A stretch of 64,000 nt of DNA from Candidatus Heimdallarchaeota archaeon (GTDB lineage Archaea; Asgardarchaeota; Heimdallarchaeia; Hodarchaeales; Hodarchaeaceae), in contig DXJL01000066.1 in the NCBI GenBank assembly GCA_019057635.1, positions 1 through 64,000 of the forward strand. The letters are read 5' to 3'. Made by a program: the position numbers and the translations under genes. This document shows, one piece after another, positions 29,329 to 37,465 of this stretch; positions within the stretch are counted from its first letter, which is position 1; every line of letters begins with the position of its first letter. The notes below the pieces were generated by a model that made no database searches, was not told the origin of the DNA, and worked only from the letters and a program-made list of their open reading frames with translations.

Positions 29329-30627
29329 TTGAAAAAACTGAAAAAAACTTACGTCTTATTTATGTTTGTCATATTTCTAACTACGGTCACAATAGAGGAT
29401 AACAACTCAGCCTCAATGATTGTCATGGGAGCGGGAGCCCCAATTCTCGAATCAGATATCGTGATCGGTATAGATATGGCACATAACAACAATATTTCTG
29501 AAAGCCAGCTAAGTAACCTTACGACATTACTAAATGGGATATTTAGTCCAACTCAAGATGTTCAGTTTCTCAGTGAGAATGTAAATGAGGAAGCTCTAAC
29601 CTCAATCGATGTCCTCCTCGTTTTGGCTCCAACTTCATCTTATACTGATTCAGAAATTCAGGATGTCGAGGAATTCATTAAAGATGGAAACTCAATGCTT
29701 GTTGCCACAGGTTATATGAATCAAACTACTGTGGAATCCAATGATATCCTAGATAGATTTGGACTTTCATTTAATCTCTCTAGCTCTCTTATACCAGCTG
29801 AAGTGAGAGATAACAGAGATATTGTTATACCCTATGAATATTTAGCACGTAATTTCACTACTCCTATAACACCTATTACGGAAAACATTTCACAAGTAAA
29901 TCTTCCTAATGCACTTGGTATATCTTTCAATACATCAAAATTGGAAACATATGTTTCTCCCTCAATTACTTACTTTAATCCTCTCCTATTGAAGGACTCT
30001 ACAAAAGAACCGTCAGAAAATAATACTTTGGCATCTACCTTGGAGTTCGAGAATGGCGGTCGAATATTTACAATTGGTTCCGTTGATATGTTTAACGATA
30101 CGTATATTGAGCCACTAGATAATTCAACAAGTGTTTTTATTGATAATTCTGATTTAATTATAAATTCGATTAGATGGCTTGGCCGTAACACAGGAATTAT
30201 GAGTTTTTATAATCCTTGGACTGATCGAGAAGGACTATCTGTTAATTTAGGAGTGACAATAAGCGGAAACGTTACCTTAGTGAATTCTCAAAATCAGAGC
30301 TTATCTCAAACTCAAATATTCATCGCCTTAGAACGGACGGGATCGATTCTGACTAAAAGGATAATGAATGTTGACCCATTAAACTCAACCAAATTCTTTG
30401 GAACTATTGATACCGAAGGATTGAGCAGTGGAAGCTGTGACATTATTTTCATTGCTAATCGCATTGGCTATCTCCCAATTCAAGTTTTTGCGGGTAGAAT
30501 TTATCTAAAAAGTCCCTTTCCCTCTCCAATTCTTCCAAATTTGGCCCAATGGGGACTATTAATTGCAGTCGTTATTCTGTTTGTATCAACTGCTTTTCTT
30601 ATTCGAATGAATCTAAAGGAAGTATAA
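29329..30627 (+). CDS. OST48/Wbp1-like (GIFT-domain) single-pass membrane glycoprotein
   Basis: Signal peptide, GIFT-like domain, LASTLEFENGGRIFTIGSVDMFND and NSDLIINSIRWLGRNTGIMSF resembling DDOST, C-terminal TM; 432 aa. Confidence 0.6.
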   Translation: MKKLKKTYVLFMFVIFLTTVTIEDNNSASMIVMGAGAPILESDIVIGIDMAHNNNISESQLSNLTTLLNGIFSPTQDVQFLSENVNEEALTSIDVLLVLAPTSSYTDSEIQDVEEFIKDGNSMLVATGYMNQTTVESNDILDRFGLSFNLSSSLIPAEVRDNRDIVIPYEYLARNFTTPITPITENISQVNLPNALGISFNTSKLETYVSPSITYFNPLLLKDSTKEPSENNTLASTLEFENGGRIFTIGSVDMFNDTYIEPLDNSTSVFIDNSDLIINSIRWLGRNTGIMSFYNPWTDREGLSVNLGVTISGNVTLVNSQNQSLSQTQIFIALERTGSILTKRIMNVDPLNSTKFFGTIDTEGLSSGSCDIIFIANRIGYLPIQVFAGRIYLKSPFPSPILPNLAQWGLLIAVVILFVSTAFLIRMNLKEV

Positions 30628-30647
30628 ATCTTCCTTATTTTTTTTAT

Positions 30648-30965
30648 CTATAGAATTAATGATTCTGCTGAGATCTCAAAAGATTCAGGTAATAATAACA
30701 GGTAATCTAAATTACCCAAATTCAAAATTTCATAGTTATACTGGCGAATAAGGGCATTAAGAGATTGAAGGAATCGTTTTGCTTCTAATGATTTGGTGAT
30801 ACGAAATTCTCTAAAAAAAAGGACAGTAACATTTTGTTTCATCATCTCTAGTTCAATTTCGTCACTATCTCGAATATCCTGAATGGAGATACATCGGACT
30901 CTCTGATATTTTCCTTTAAATTGCCGATGGAGATTATTCCGTATGTTAGATATAAAAGTGCTCAT
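30648..30965 (-). CDS. sepF: SepF-like (DUF552) protein
   Basis: Pattern ISIQDIRDSDEI...NVTVL...KRFLQSL...EILNLG..YLLLLP matches the archaeal SepF core. Confidence 0.55.
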   Translation of the reverse strand: MSTFISNIRNNLHRQFKGKYQRVRCISIQDIRDSDEIELEMMKQNVTVLFFREFRITKSLEAKRFLQSLNALIRQYNYEILNLGNLDYLLLLPESFEISAESLIL

Positions 30966-31211
30966 TTTTTTTTCCCAATGGTTTGGGTTTAGGATTATAT
31001 TGAATTAGAACTCGAAAGAGCTACTACATCATGTTCATACTAAGGAGAAACTCGAGAAGATAAAACTCATCATAACATCTAGCTCATATATTATTATCGT
31101 GTGTCTTCTCCCGTCATTATTTCATCATTCTTTGAAACTTTCTTCATGAGAAATCAGAGTTCGAGGATAATTATGTAGTTATTAAAGTATTATCCTAAAA
31201 ATAAAGTGAAA

Positions 31212-31357
31212 CGGGCCCGATGAGATTCGAACTCATGACCCCTGCGTATCTTCAAGACCATAATTAATGTGTCTTTCCGCAGCGCAGTACTCTGTCTAGC
31301 ATTGCTGTGTTCACCATGGTACATCCAGCATTTAAATCCAGGCTAAGCCACGGGCCC
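31212..31357 (-). tRNA. tRNA-Arg(GCG) with two introns (D-loop 20a/21, 42 nt, 31294-31335; canonical 37/38, 29 nt, 31248-31276)
   Basis: Removing both introns gives a 75-nt cloverleaf: GGGCCCG/CGGGCCC acceptor, CTGCG-CTGCGGA-CGCAG anticodon arm, ATGAG-TTCGAAT-CTCAT T arm; bulge-helix-bulge-like junctions. Confidence 0.88.
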
Positions 31358-31675
31358 TTCTTGTGCATATTGATAGTATTCTACTTATGTAATTGAGCAA
31401 AATATTAGAATTTGAAATAGCTTTTGGATCTCAATCCTTTAAAGGGATAATATGTTTTCCACTGATATAAATTAGTTTTCAATTATTTCCTTAAGGATTC
31501 AAAGAATTATTTGATAATTAATCAATTTTTCTCGAATTATCACTAATTACTGTCAATAAACTTCAGATTAATTCCTCAGGATTAAGTTTGAGTATTGAAA
31601 CAAAAACAAATAAAAGATGAATTTTCCAATGAATTTTGTTAAGGAATAATTTTCGAATTATTGAGGTGAATTGAT

Positions 31676-32053
31676 ATGAAAACTCCCACTTTGTTAGGTA
31701 CAATTATTTTTGGTTTTAGTATTCTGGTCACTGCTATTGCTGTATTTCGATTAGATTTTATCGTAACTGATGATGCTAGGACAGAGTATTTTGAGCTATT
31801 CTTTATATGGATTGCTGGTATTGTCGGTGGTTTAGGAATGGGTTATGGAAGTCGTGAGAGTTTTGGCTACAATGAAGGCAATAATGCAACAATAATCGGT
31901 GGATTGGGATTTATCGTTAGTGTAATTCTCGCAATCTGGATGATGATTAATGATTCTCCTCCATTTGTAGGGATTGCTATTGCTTTTGTAGGTGCAATCT
32001 TAGCCCTTATTGGCTTATACATTGTCGTAGTGTCAACACAGGAGACTTATTAA
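31676..32053 (+). CDS. Small 4-TM membrane protein, unknown function
   Basis: Four hydrophobic Gly-rich segments; GAGGTGA SD upstream. Confidence 0.7.
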   Translation: MKTPTLLGTIIFGFSILVTAIAVFRLDFIVTDDARTEYFELFFIWIAGIVGGLGMGYGSRESFGYNEGNNATIIGGLGFIVSVILAIWMMINDSPPFVGIAIAFVGAILALIGLYIVVVSTQETY

Positions 32054-32139
32054 GTTTCTCTCGATATAAAATCCTTTTTTCACGTATTAGGTCAAGTGAA
32101 ATTTGAATAGAATTTTATAATAAGAGACTTACTATTTTT

Positions 32140-33462
32140 CTATCTCTTCTTTATAACATCAGTTATGATTTCCTTTAGGGAAGGTTGACCTTGTACTTCT
32201 AAATCATAAGTTACTCTTACGGATGGTTTTTTTATAGATAACAATCTTCCTAAATCTATTGGTGTACCGATAACCACTGTCTCACAGTCAGATGCATTAA
32301 TAGTATCTTCTAATTCTTTCATCTGTTTTTCACCATAGCCCATTGCAGGTAAAACATCTGATAAATGCTTATACTTTTGATAAGTGTTTTTAATGCTTCC
32401 AATTGCAAAAGGTCTTGGATCGATTATCTTTCTGGCTTTATATTGCTTTGCTGCGATATGACCCGCTCCATATTTCATTTCACCATGTGTTAAGGTTGGG
32501 CCATCTTCGACAACTAACACTCGCTTGTTTAAGATAAGCTTTGGATCTTCTACAGTGATTGGTGAGTTCGCAATTAATATTTTCGCTTTTGGATTTAATT
32601 CCTTAATACTTTCCTTGAGTTTTGAAATGTTTCCAGGTGGTGCGGTTGCTGCTTTATTTATTATAACAACCTCAGCTCTCCGTACATTTACTTCACCTGG
32701 AAAATATGATCTCTCATGACCAAGACGATGAGGATCAGCAATTGTTATTGTTAGGTCAGCTTCATAGAAACTCCAATCATTATTTCCTCCGTCAAATAGA
32801 ATAACATCAGCTTCCTTTTCCGCTTCACGAAGAATTTCTTCAAAATCTACTCCAGCAAAAACAAGGTTTCCTTCATTAATATGAGGTTCATATTCCTCCA
32901 TCTCCTCAATTGTGCATCCATGTTTTTTTAAATCCTCATAAGAGTCAAATCTTTGGCACCTCTGCTTCTCTAAATTCCCATAAGGCATCGGATGACGAAT
33001 GACAGCGACTTTTTTACCTTGCTCTCGTAATATCTTTCCTATTTTCCTAGTAGTCTGGCTCTTTCCTGATCCAGTTCGTACTGCAAGTACCGCAATTACA
33101 GGCAATTTAGACTTTATCATTGTATGTTTCGGACCTAAAATTCGAAAATCTGCTCCATTTGCAAGAACTTTAGACGCTAAATTCATAACATATCCATAAG
33201 ATAAGTCTGAATAAGCTAATATAACCTGTTCAATGTTGTGGGTTTTAATAAGATCATCAAATTCATCTTCTGGATATATAGGTATTCCTTCAGGATAAAG
33301 GCTACCTGATAGTGTAGGGGGGTATCTTCTATCTGATATATCGGGTATCTGAGTAGCGGTGAAAGCAACGATTTCGTAATTTTCGTTATTTCGAAAGTAT
33401 GTATTGAAGTTGTGGAAATCCCTTCCAGCAGCTCCTAGTATTAGTGCTTTTATCCTTTTCAT
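32140..33462 (-). CDS. COG2403 P-loop NTPase (cyclic 2,3-diphosphoglycerate synthetase-like)
   Basis: GAAGRDFHNFN, AVRTGSGKSQTT, RHPMPYG, DGGNND, VEDGPTLTHG, LPAMGY. Confidence 0.85.
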   Translation of the reverse strand: MKRIKALILGAAGRDFHNFNTYFRNNENYEIVAFTATQIPDISDRRYPPTLSGSLYPEGIPIYPEDEFDDLIKTHNIEQVILAYSDLSYGYVMNLASKVLANGADFRILGPKHTMIKSKLPVIAVLAVRTGSGKSQTTRKIGKILREQGKKVAVIRHPMPYGNLEKQRCQRFDSYEDLKKHGCTIEEMEEYEPHINEGNLVFAGVDFEEILREAEKEADVILFDGGNNDWSFYEADLTITIADPHRLGHERSYFPGEVNVRRAEVVIINKAATAPPGNISKLKESIKELNPKAKILIANSPITVEDPKLILNKRVLVVEDGPTLTHGEMKYGAGHIAAKQYKARKIIDPRPFAIGSIKNTYQKYKHLSDVLPAMGYGEKQMKELEDTINASDCETVVIGTPIDLGRLLSIKKPSVRVTYDLEVQGQPSLKEIITDVIKKR

Positions 33463-33827
33463 GGTAAACCTCTCTTTGATCTTGTTTGATAGGTGATTTT
33501 CAGCTCAGATTTTTAAAATATTCTCTCTTCAATGATATGACTACAATATATTACCAAAGGGGAGGTTTAAGAGCCCCAATCAAATCTGTAAGTCATTAGA
33601 AACAATCCAGTCATTTTAAATTGGGACTCGATAAGAATTTTATGAAATGAAAGAAAATTACTTAAGAAATACATAGCATGGAATTAGAATTTTCATTGCC
33701 AGGACCCAATAAGCCATCCCAAATTTCTTCAATGCAAATTGTTCACTGTTTTGGTATTTTATTTTTGATGGAAAATACTAAATAACTCATGAAAAAACGT
33801 CTTTCTGCTTAGTTTGGTGAACACACA

Positions 33828-34145
33828 ATGAGTTCCGATTTTAAAGGCTGGTCTAACCTACCCAAATCAGTTAAACTGTTAGATATATCAATCATTAGTT
33901 ACGGAATTTTACTTATCATTTCAATTTCATTATATTTTTTCTTTCTTGATCAAACTGTGCAGAATCTCATGCCAATATTTCTTGTGGCGATACTTCTGAT
34001 ATTTACATGGAATTTTCGTTCCCAGCTGCTCTCTCTATCAAAGCAGGAAGTCCAAAAGCGACATTTCCGTGAGTGGTTAATAATTTCTACAATTATAATT
34101 CTTCTTTTCGTACTACTCATACTCATTTATCCAGTAACTTATTAG
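33828..34145 (+). CDS. DAD1/Ost2-like oligosaccharyltransferase subunit
   Basis: LPKSVKLLD ~ DAD1 TPQRLKLLD; NFRSQL ~ CLRIQI; KRHFREWLIISTII ~ ERAFADFLFASTIL; 3 TMs; 105 aa. Confidence 0.7.
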   Translation: MSSDFKGWSNLPKSVKLLDISIISYGILLIISISLYFFFLDQTVQNLMPIFLVAILLIFTWNFRSQLLSLSKQEVQKRHFREWLIISTIIILLFVLLILIYPVTY

Positions 34146-34210
34146 TAGCATAATTCTTCCAGTCAATTGAATTTAAGACTCGCATATTTAATCTCTAGAT
34201 GAGAATTCTT

Positions 34211-34283
34211 TCACTTATGATGAAGTTATCCCCGAAGGAGTTGTATTAACAACGATGAACTCAAGAAGAGCCGTCTGAAGTGA
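34211..34283 (+). ncRNA. C/D box guide sRNA (dual guide) targeting the 23S rRNA peptidyl-transferase centre
   Basis: Terminal stem TCACT/AGTGA, box C ATGATGA (34217), guide AGTTATCCCCGA, D' AGGA, hairpin GTTGT-ATTA-ACAAC, C' CGATGA, guide ending AAGAAGAGCCGT, box D CTGA (34275). Confidence 0.85.
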
Positions 34284-34327
34284 TTATCATTGATTATGCT
34301 TTTTTTACTAAAGGAGTACGACTTATT

Positions 34328-34597
34328 ATGAAGATGGATTTAATGGATATACTAGCTTGCCCAATCTGCAAGAATGAAGAACTTAAGCTCATTATTATTG
34401 AAAAAGATAAAGAAGAAGTTGAAACAGGTCTGATTACTTGTAATAAATGTTCCAGATATTATCCTATCAAGAAAACCATACCAATCATGCTTCCTGATGA
34501 TTTACGAGATATGGAAGAAGATAGAAATTTCTTGTTTACAAATAAAGAAAAGATTCCAGATGAGATATTAAAAAACGGAAAGCCTGTATCACTTTGA
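34328..34597 (+). CDS. trm112: Trm112-like methyltransferase activator
   Basis: LMDILACPICK..L.L....G.I.C.KC.RYYPI...IPIML; start moved to ATG 34328, which follows an AAGGAG SD. Confidence 0.88.
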   Translation: MKMDLMDILACPICKNEELKLIIIEKDKEEVETGLITCNKCSRYYPIKKTIPIMLPDDLRDMEEDRNFLFTNKEKIPDEILKNGKPVSL

Positions 34598-34639
34598 GGA
34601 ACATGATTCTTTAGTTTAGGTCTTTTTTATTAGAATGCG

Positions 34640-34858
34640 TTATTGCCCTAGATCAGCGAAAATTTTTACAGCTTTGACAGGACATACGATTTCACAAGCA
34701 CGACATTCAAAGCATTTCTCCGGAGAGATAATTTCGAGAAATCCTTTTCCATCATTATTACTCTTTGGATTTGAGATGAGGATTTCTGCTGGACAGCTCT
34801 TAGTGCACTTCCAGCATAAAATACAAAGATCCCTATTTCTCTCGATCTTTGGGGGAAT
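34640..34858 (-). CDS. 2x[4Fe-4S] ferredoxin (missed by ORF track; apparent ATT start)
   Basis: IPPKIERNRDLCILCWKCTKSCPAEIL...EKCFECRACEIVCPVKAVKIF; two CxxCxxCxxxCP motifs; GAGGT SD upstream. Confidence 0.85.
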   Translation of the reverse strand: MPPKIERNRDLCILCWKCTKSCPAEILISNPKSNNDGKGFLEIISPEKCFECRACEIVCPVKAVKIFADLGQ

Positions 34859-34869
34859 ATTATCCTACC

Positions 34870-36933
34870 TCATTTCGTAAGTAAGTTCCTTAGCTCAATT
34901 AAAACTTTATCAATCTCGTTGTTTGCTTTTCTAAGTTTATTATCATAATCGATTTTTAACTTAGCATAAGCTTCTTTTCCAATCCGACCTTGAGTTTTCT
35001 TCTTCTCTAATGACTCAATATTAATCAAGTAATCTTCTCTACTCGCCTCAGCAACTTCAATTGATCGCATAGACAACCGTATACGAGGATTTTCCTCAGC
35101 AAGTTTGCGAGAAACAGAGACAATAGTCCGATCATTCTGTTGCTGTTGATTTCGGAGAATAATTTTTGTCTGCTCATATTCTCGGGCACTAATATTTTTT
35201 GATTTTCGTTTGCGATCCAATCTTAGTATCTGTTCGCGAATTGCTGTCTTCTCTTCATACGATTTAACGAAACTTTTAATCAAATCTAGTGGTATTTCTT
35301 CAAGTACGAGTTTTGAGGGTTTATATCCAAATGAAAGGTTTCTAACAAGAGCGTATGCTAGACCAATTAATAAAAAGAATAATGAAAAAGAGATTGGAGT
35401 ATAAAGTTGGTTTAATGGACTTATTCCATATTCTATTCTAATTTGCTTATTACTAAGCGGGGTTAATTCTTCAAAACTTAACTTATATCCTCTACTATTA
35501 AATAGACCTAAGAATTGTTTTTTCTGAATAGCTGAAACAGAAACGGGACTTCTCAATGAACTTTCAAATGTTGCATCCATAATTTTTGTTCTGGATATGG
35601 ATGATCCAAATGGGAATAGTAATTCAAGATCGTACTCTTGAATTGTACAATTGAAGCTTGTTGACAGATCAGTTAATAGTTGTACTTTTCCCCCGCCGAG
35701 ATTGTTAATAACCTTAGTCGATGGTTGTGTGAACGAGAGTAGGAGATGATACTCTGCACCTTGTTCTATCTGGACTCTTGGTCTAAACTCAATTACTTTT
35801 TTCTGTGTTACTGGATCTGCATCTACAATTGGAGTGATATTTCCGTAGTTATCTTTAACTCCAATTTTACTCGCAGAATCTGGGACGTTAAATGATAATG
35901 TAGGAAAAGTCGTTCCTCCAAGTGCGGTTGATAGGACAGGTCCAGATTGTAATCCTATATTTTTTAGACGTATTTCTTGCGTGGTGAACACTTTTCCCCA
36001 CTCCGATACTTCAATAGTGGTCACCAAAGAAGTGAATGTCATAAAAGTTCCAGCAACCTGGAAATAGTCAAATGTCAAATTCTCTGTTAAATTATGAGCA
36101 ATATTCGGTTTGTAGGAAGGAATAAAGTTCCGATTTGCAAGAGCTGTAAGATTATAGTTACCATGTTCAGATTGATTTAGAACTTCCCGATTAATTGATG
36201 ATAATTCTTGAATTTCCTCGTAACGAAGAGTAGTTAATTCTTGATTAATATTTCCAGTAAAATTTGTTTCTGTTGGCCTTAATGATTCATTATTTATATT
36301 AATACTAATATCTTTTCCTACCATCCATTTTAAAGTGTAAGAAGTAATGGGAATGGTAAGTAAAGGTAAAAAACTTAAATTAAAATGGTAAGGATATTCC
36401 GACTCCACAAGTTCATCGTTTTGATCATAAGTTATGGCGTTCGGATGATCCATATCCATAATTAGAGTGACTGTCTCCTCAGAACCGACTGAAGGAAATT
36501 TTATAACAATTTCTGTTGTTTGATTTCCAATGTGAACATCATATGCTGTGTTTTCAGTCTCTGTATCATTCTGTGAGTAAATTTTGAAATACTTGGAGCT
36601 ATTATACTCATTTGTTGGAAGAATATAATTTAAAGCGTTGATTTCAGTGGAACTATTGCTTGATATCTGAATCTCTGTTCTAGATGAAGTATATCCATAT
36701 TGGTTTGCAGTTATTGTTCGATCTACATTAATTAGATGACTTGTGTTAGTAAATTCAGTAACATCGAAATACATTAAATCTGTGATGTTTAAATTACTGT
36801 TTTTTGTGTTCACTGAATCGGTGCTCGAACTCGCCTCACCAGCGTTAACTTGGGGATTAGCGATCAAGAATGTCGAAGTAATAACTATGGCGAGTAGTAA
36901 AAAACGCAAACCATTTCCTAAGATTTTCTTCAT
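34870..36933 (-). CDS. Ribophorin I (Ost1/RPN1) homolog
   Basis: Signal peptide, IEVSEWGKV (~IEVSHWGNI), KDNYGNI (~RDEIGNV), EFRPR, single TM, cytosolic helical tail. Confidence 0.8.
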   Translation of the reverse strand: MKKILGNGLRFLLLAIVITSTFLIANPQVNAGEASSSTDSVNTKNSNLNITDLMYFDVTEFTNTSHLINVDRTITANQYGYTSSRTEIQISSNSSTEINALNYILPTNEYNSSKYFKIYSQNDTETENTAYDVHIGNQTTEIVIKFPSVGSEETVTLIMDMDHPNAITYDQNDELVESEYPYHFNLSFLPLLTIPITSYTLKWMVGKDISININNESLRPTETNFTGNINQELTTLRYEEIQELSSINREVLNQSEHGNYNLTALANRNFIPSYKPNIAHNLTENLTFDYFQVAGTFMTFTSLVTTIEVSEWGKVFTTQEIRLKNIGLQSGPVLSTALGGTTFPTLSFNVPDSASKIGVKDNYGNITPIVDADPVTQKKVIEFRPRVQIEQGAEYHLLLSFTQPSTKVINNLGGGKVQLLTDLSTSFNCTIQEYDLELLFPFGSSISRTKIMDATFESSLRSPVSVSAIQKKQFLGLFNSRGYKLSFEELTPLSNKQIRIEYGISPLNQLYTPISFSLFFLLIGLAYALVRNLSFGYKPSKLVLEEIPLDLIKSFVKSYEEKTAIREQILRLDRKRKSKNISAREYEQTKIILRNQQQQNDRTIVSVSRKLAEENPRIRLSMRSIEVAEASREDYLINIESLEKKKTQGRIGKEAYAKLKIDYDNKLRKANNEIDKVLIELRNLLTK

Positions 36934-37465
36934 TTATAAAAACTCCGTTATATCTTTACAATCAACTTTAGGGTTCTTTAGAATAAGCTTCTGTGCAATC
37001 TTTAACTTTACTCCCTAAGTTTAAGGAATAATACTGAATGGTTCTCGTTTTTCAGAGTGTAAAATATTTTGTTCTTAGTTTAATTAGTAGATTTCCCAAC
37101 TTTCGCTAATAAAAATGACTTTAAAACAAAAATTCGCTGACTTTCACTATACGATAACATTAATTGATATTAAATGGTCTTTCAAGCAATATAAAATTGC
37201 CTTCATTCTTTAGTATTTCCCTTCTATTCTTTGCCAGTTTTTTTGGCTCAAATCATCCCTTATTTACTGTATAAGGTAAAAATTAGGATTAAATTGGCGA
37301 TTCCTTGATATTAAATGGATCTAGTAATAGAAAAAAAATAAATGAATTATAAATCTCCGTCCACATAAGGTTAAAAACAAGTTTTTTCGTGCTGAGATAA
37401 CATTAGAATAGTATTCTATGCCTGAATAAACTTGGTAGATGGACTTAACCTTCGAGGTTTTCTTA

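Noticed and set aside
31020-31135. Several ATGATGA box-C-like motifs on the minus strand
   Set aside because: No properly spaced CTGA box D or terminal stem; only a 7-nt possible rRNA complement
34280-34327. N-terminal extension of Trm112 from GTG 34280
   Set aside because: Overlaps the sRNA terminal stem; ATG 34328 has an SD and matches the family start
34865-34867. Pyrrolysine decoding of the in-frame TAG before the ferredoxin
   Set aside because: No pyl genes in the window, TAG is used as a normal stop elsewhere (e.g. secY, uS12), and SD spacing favours the ATT start
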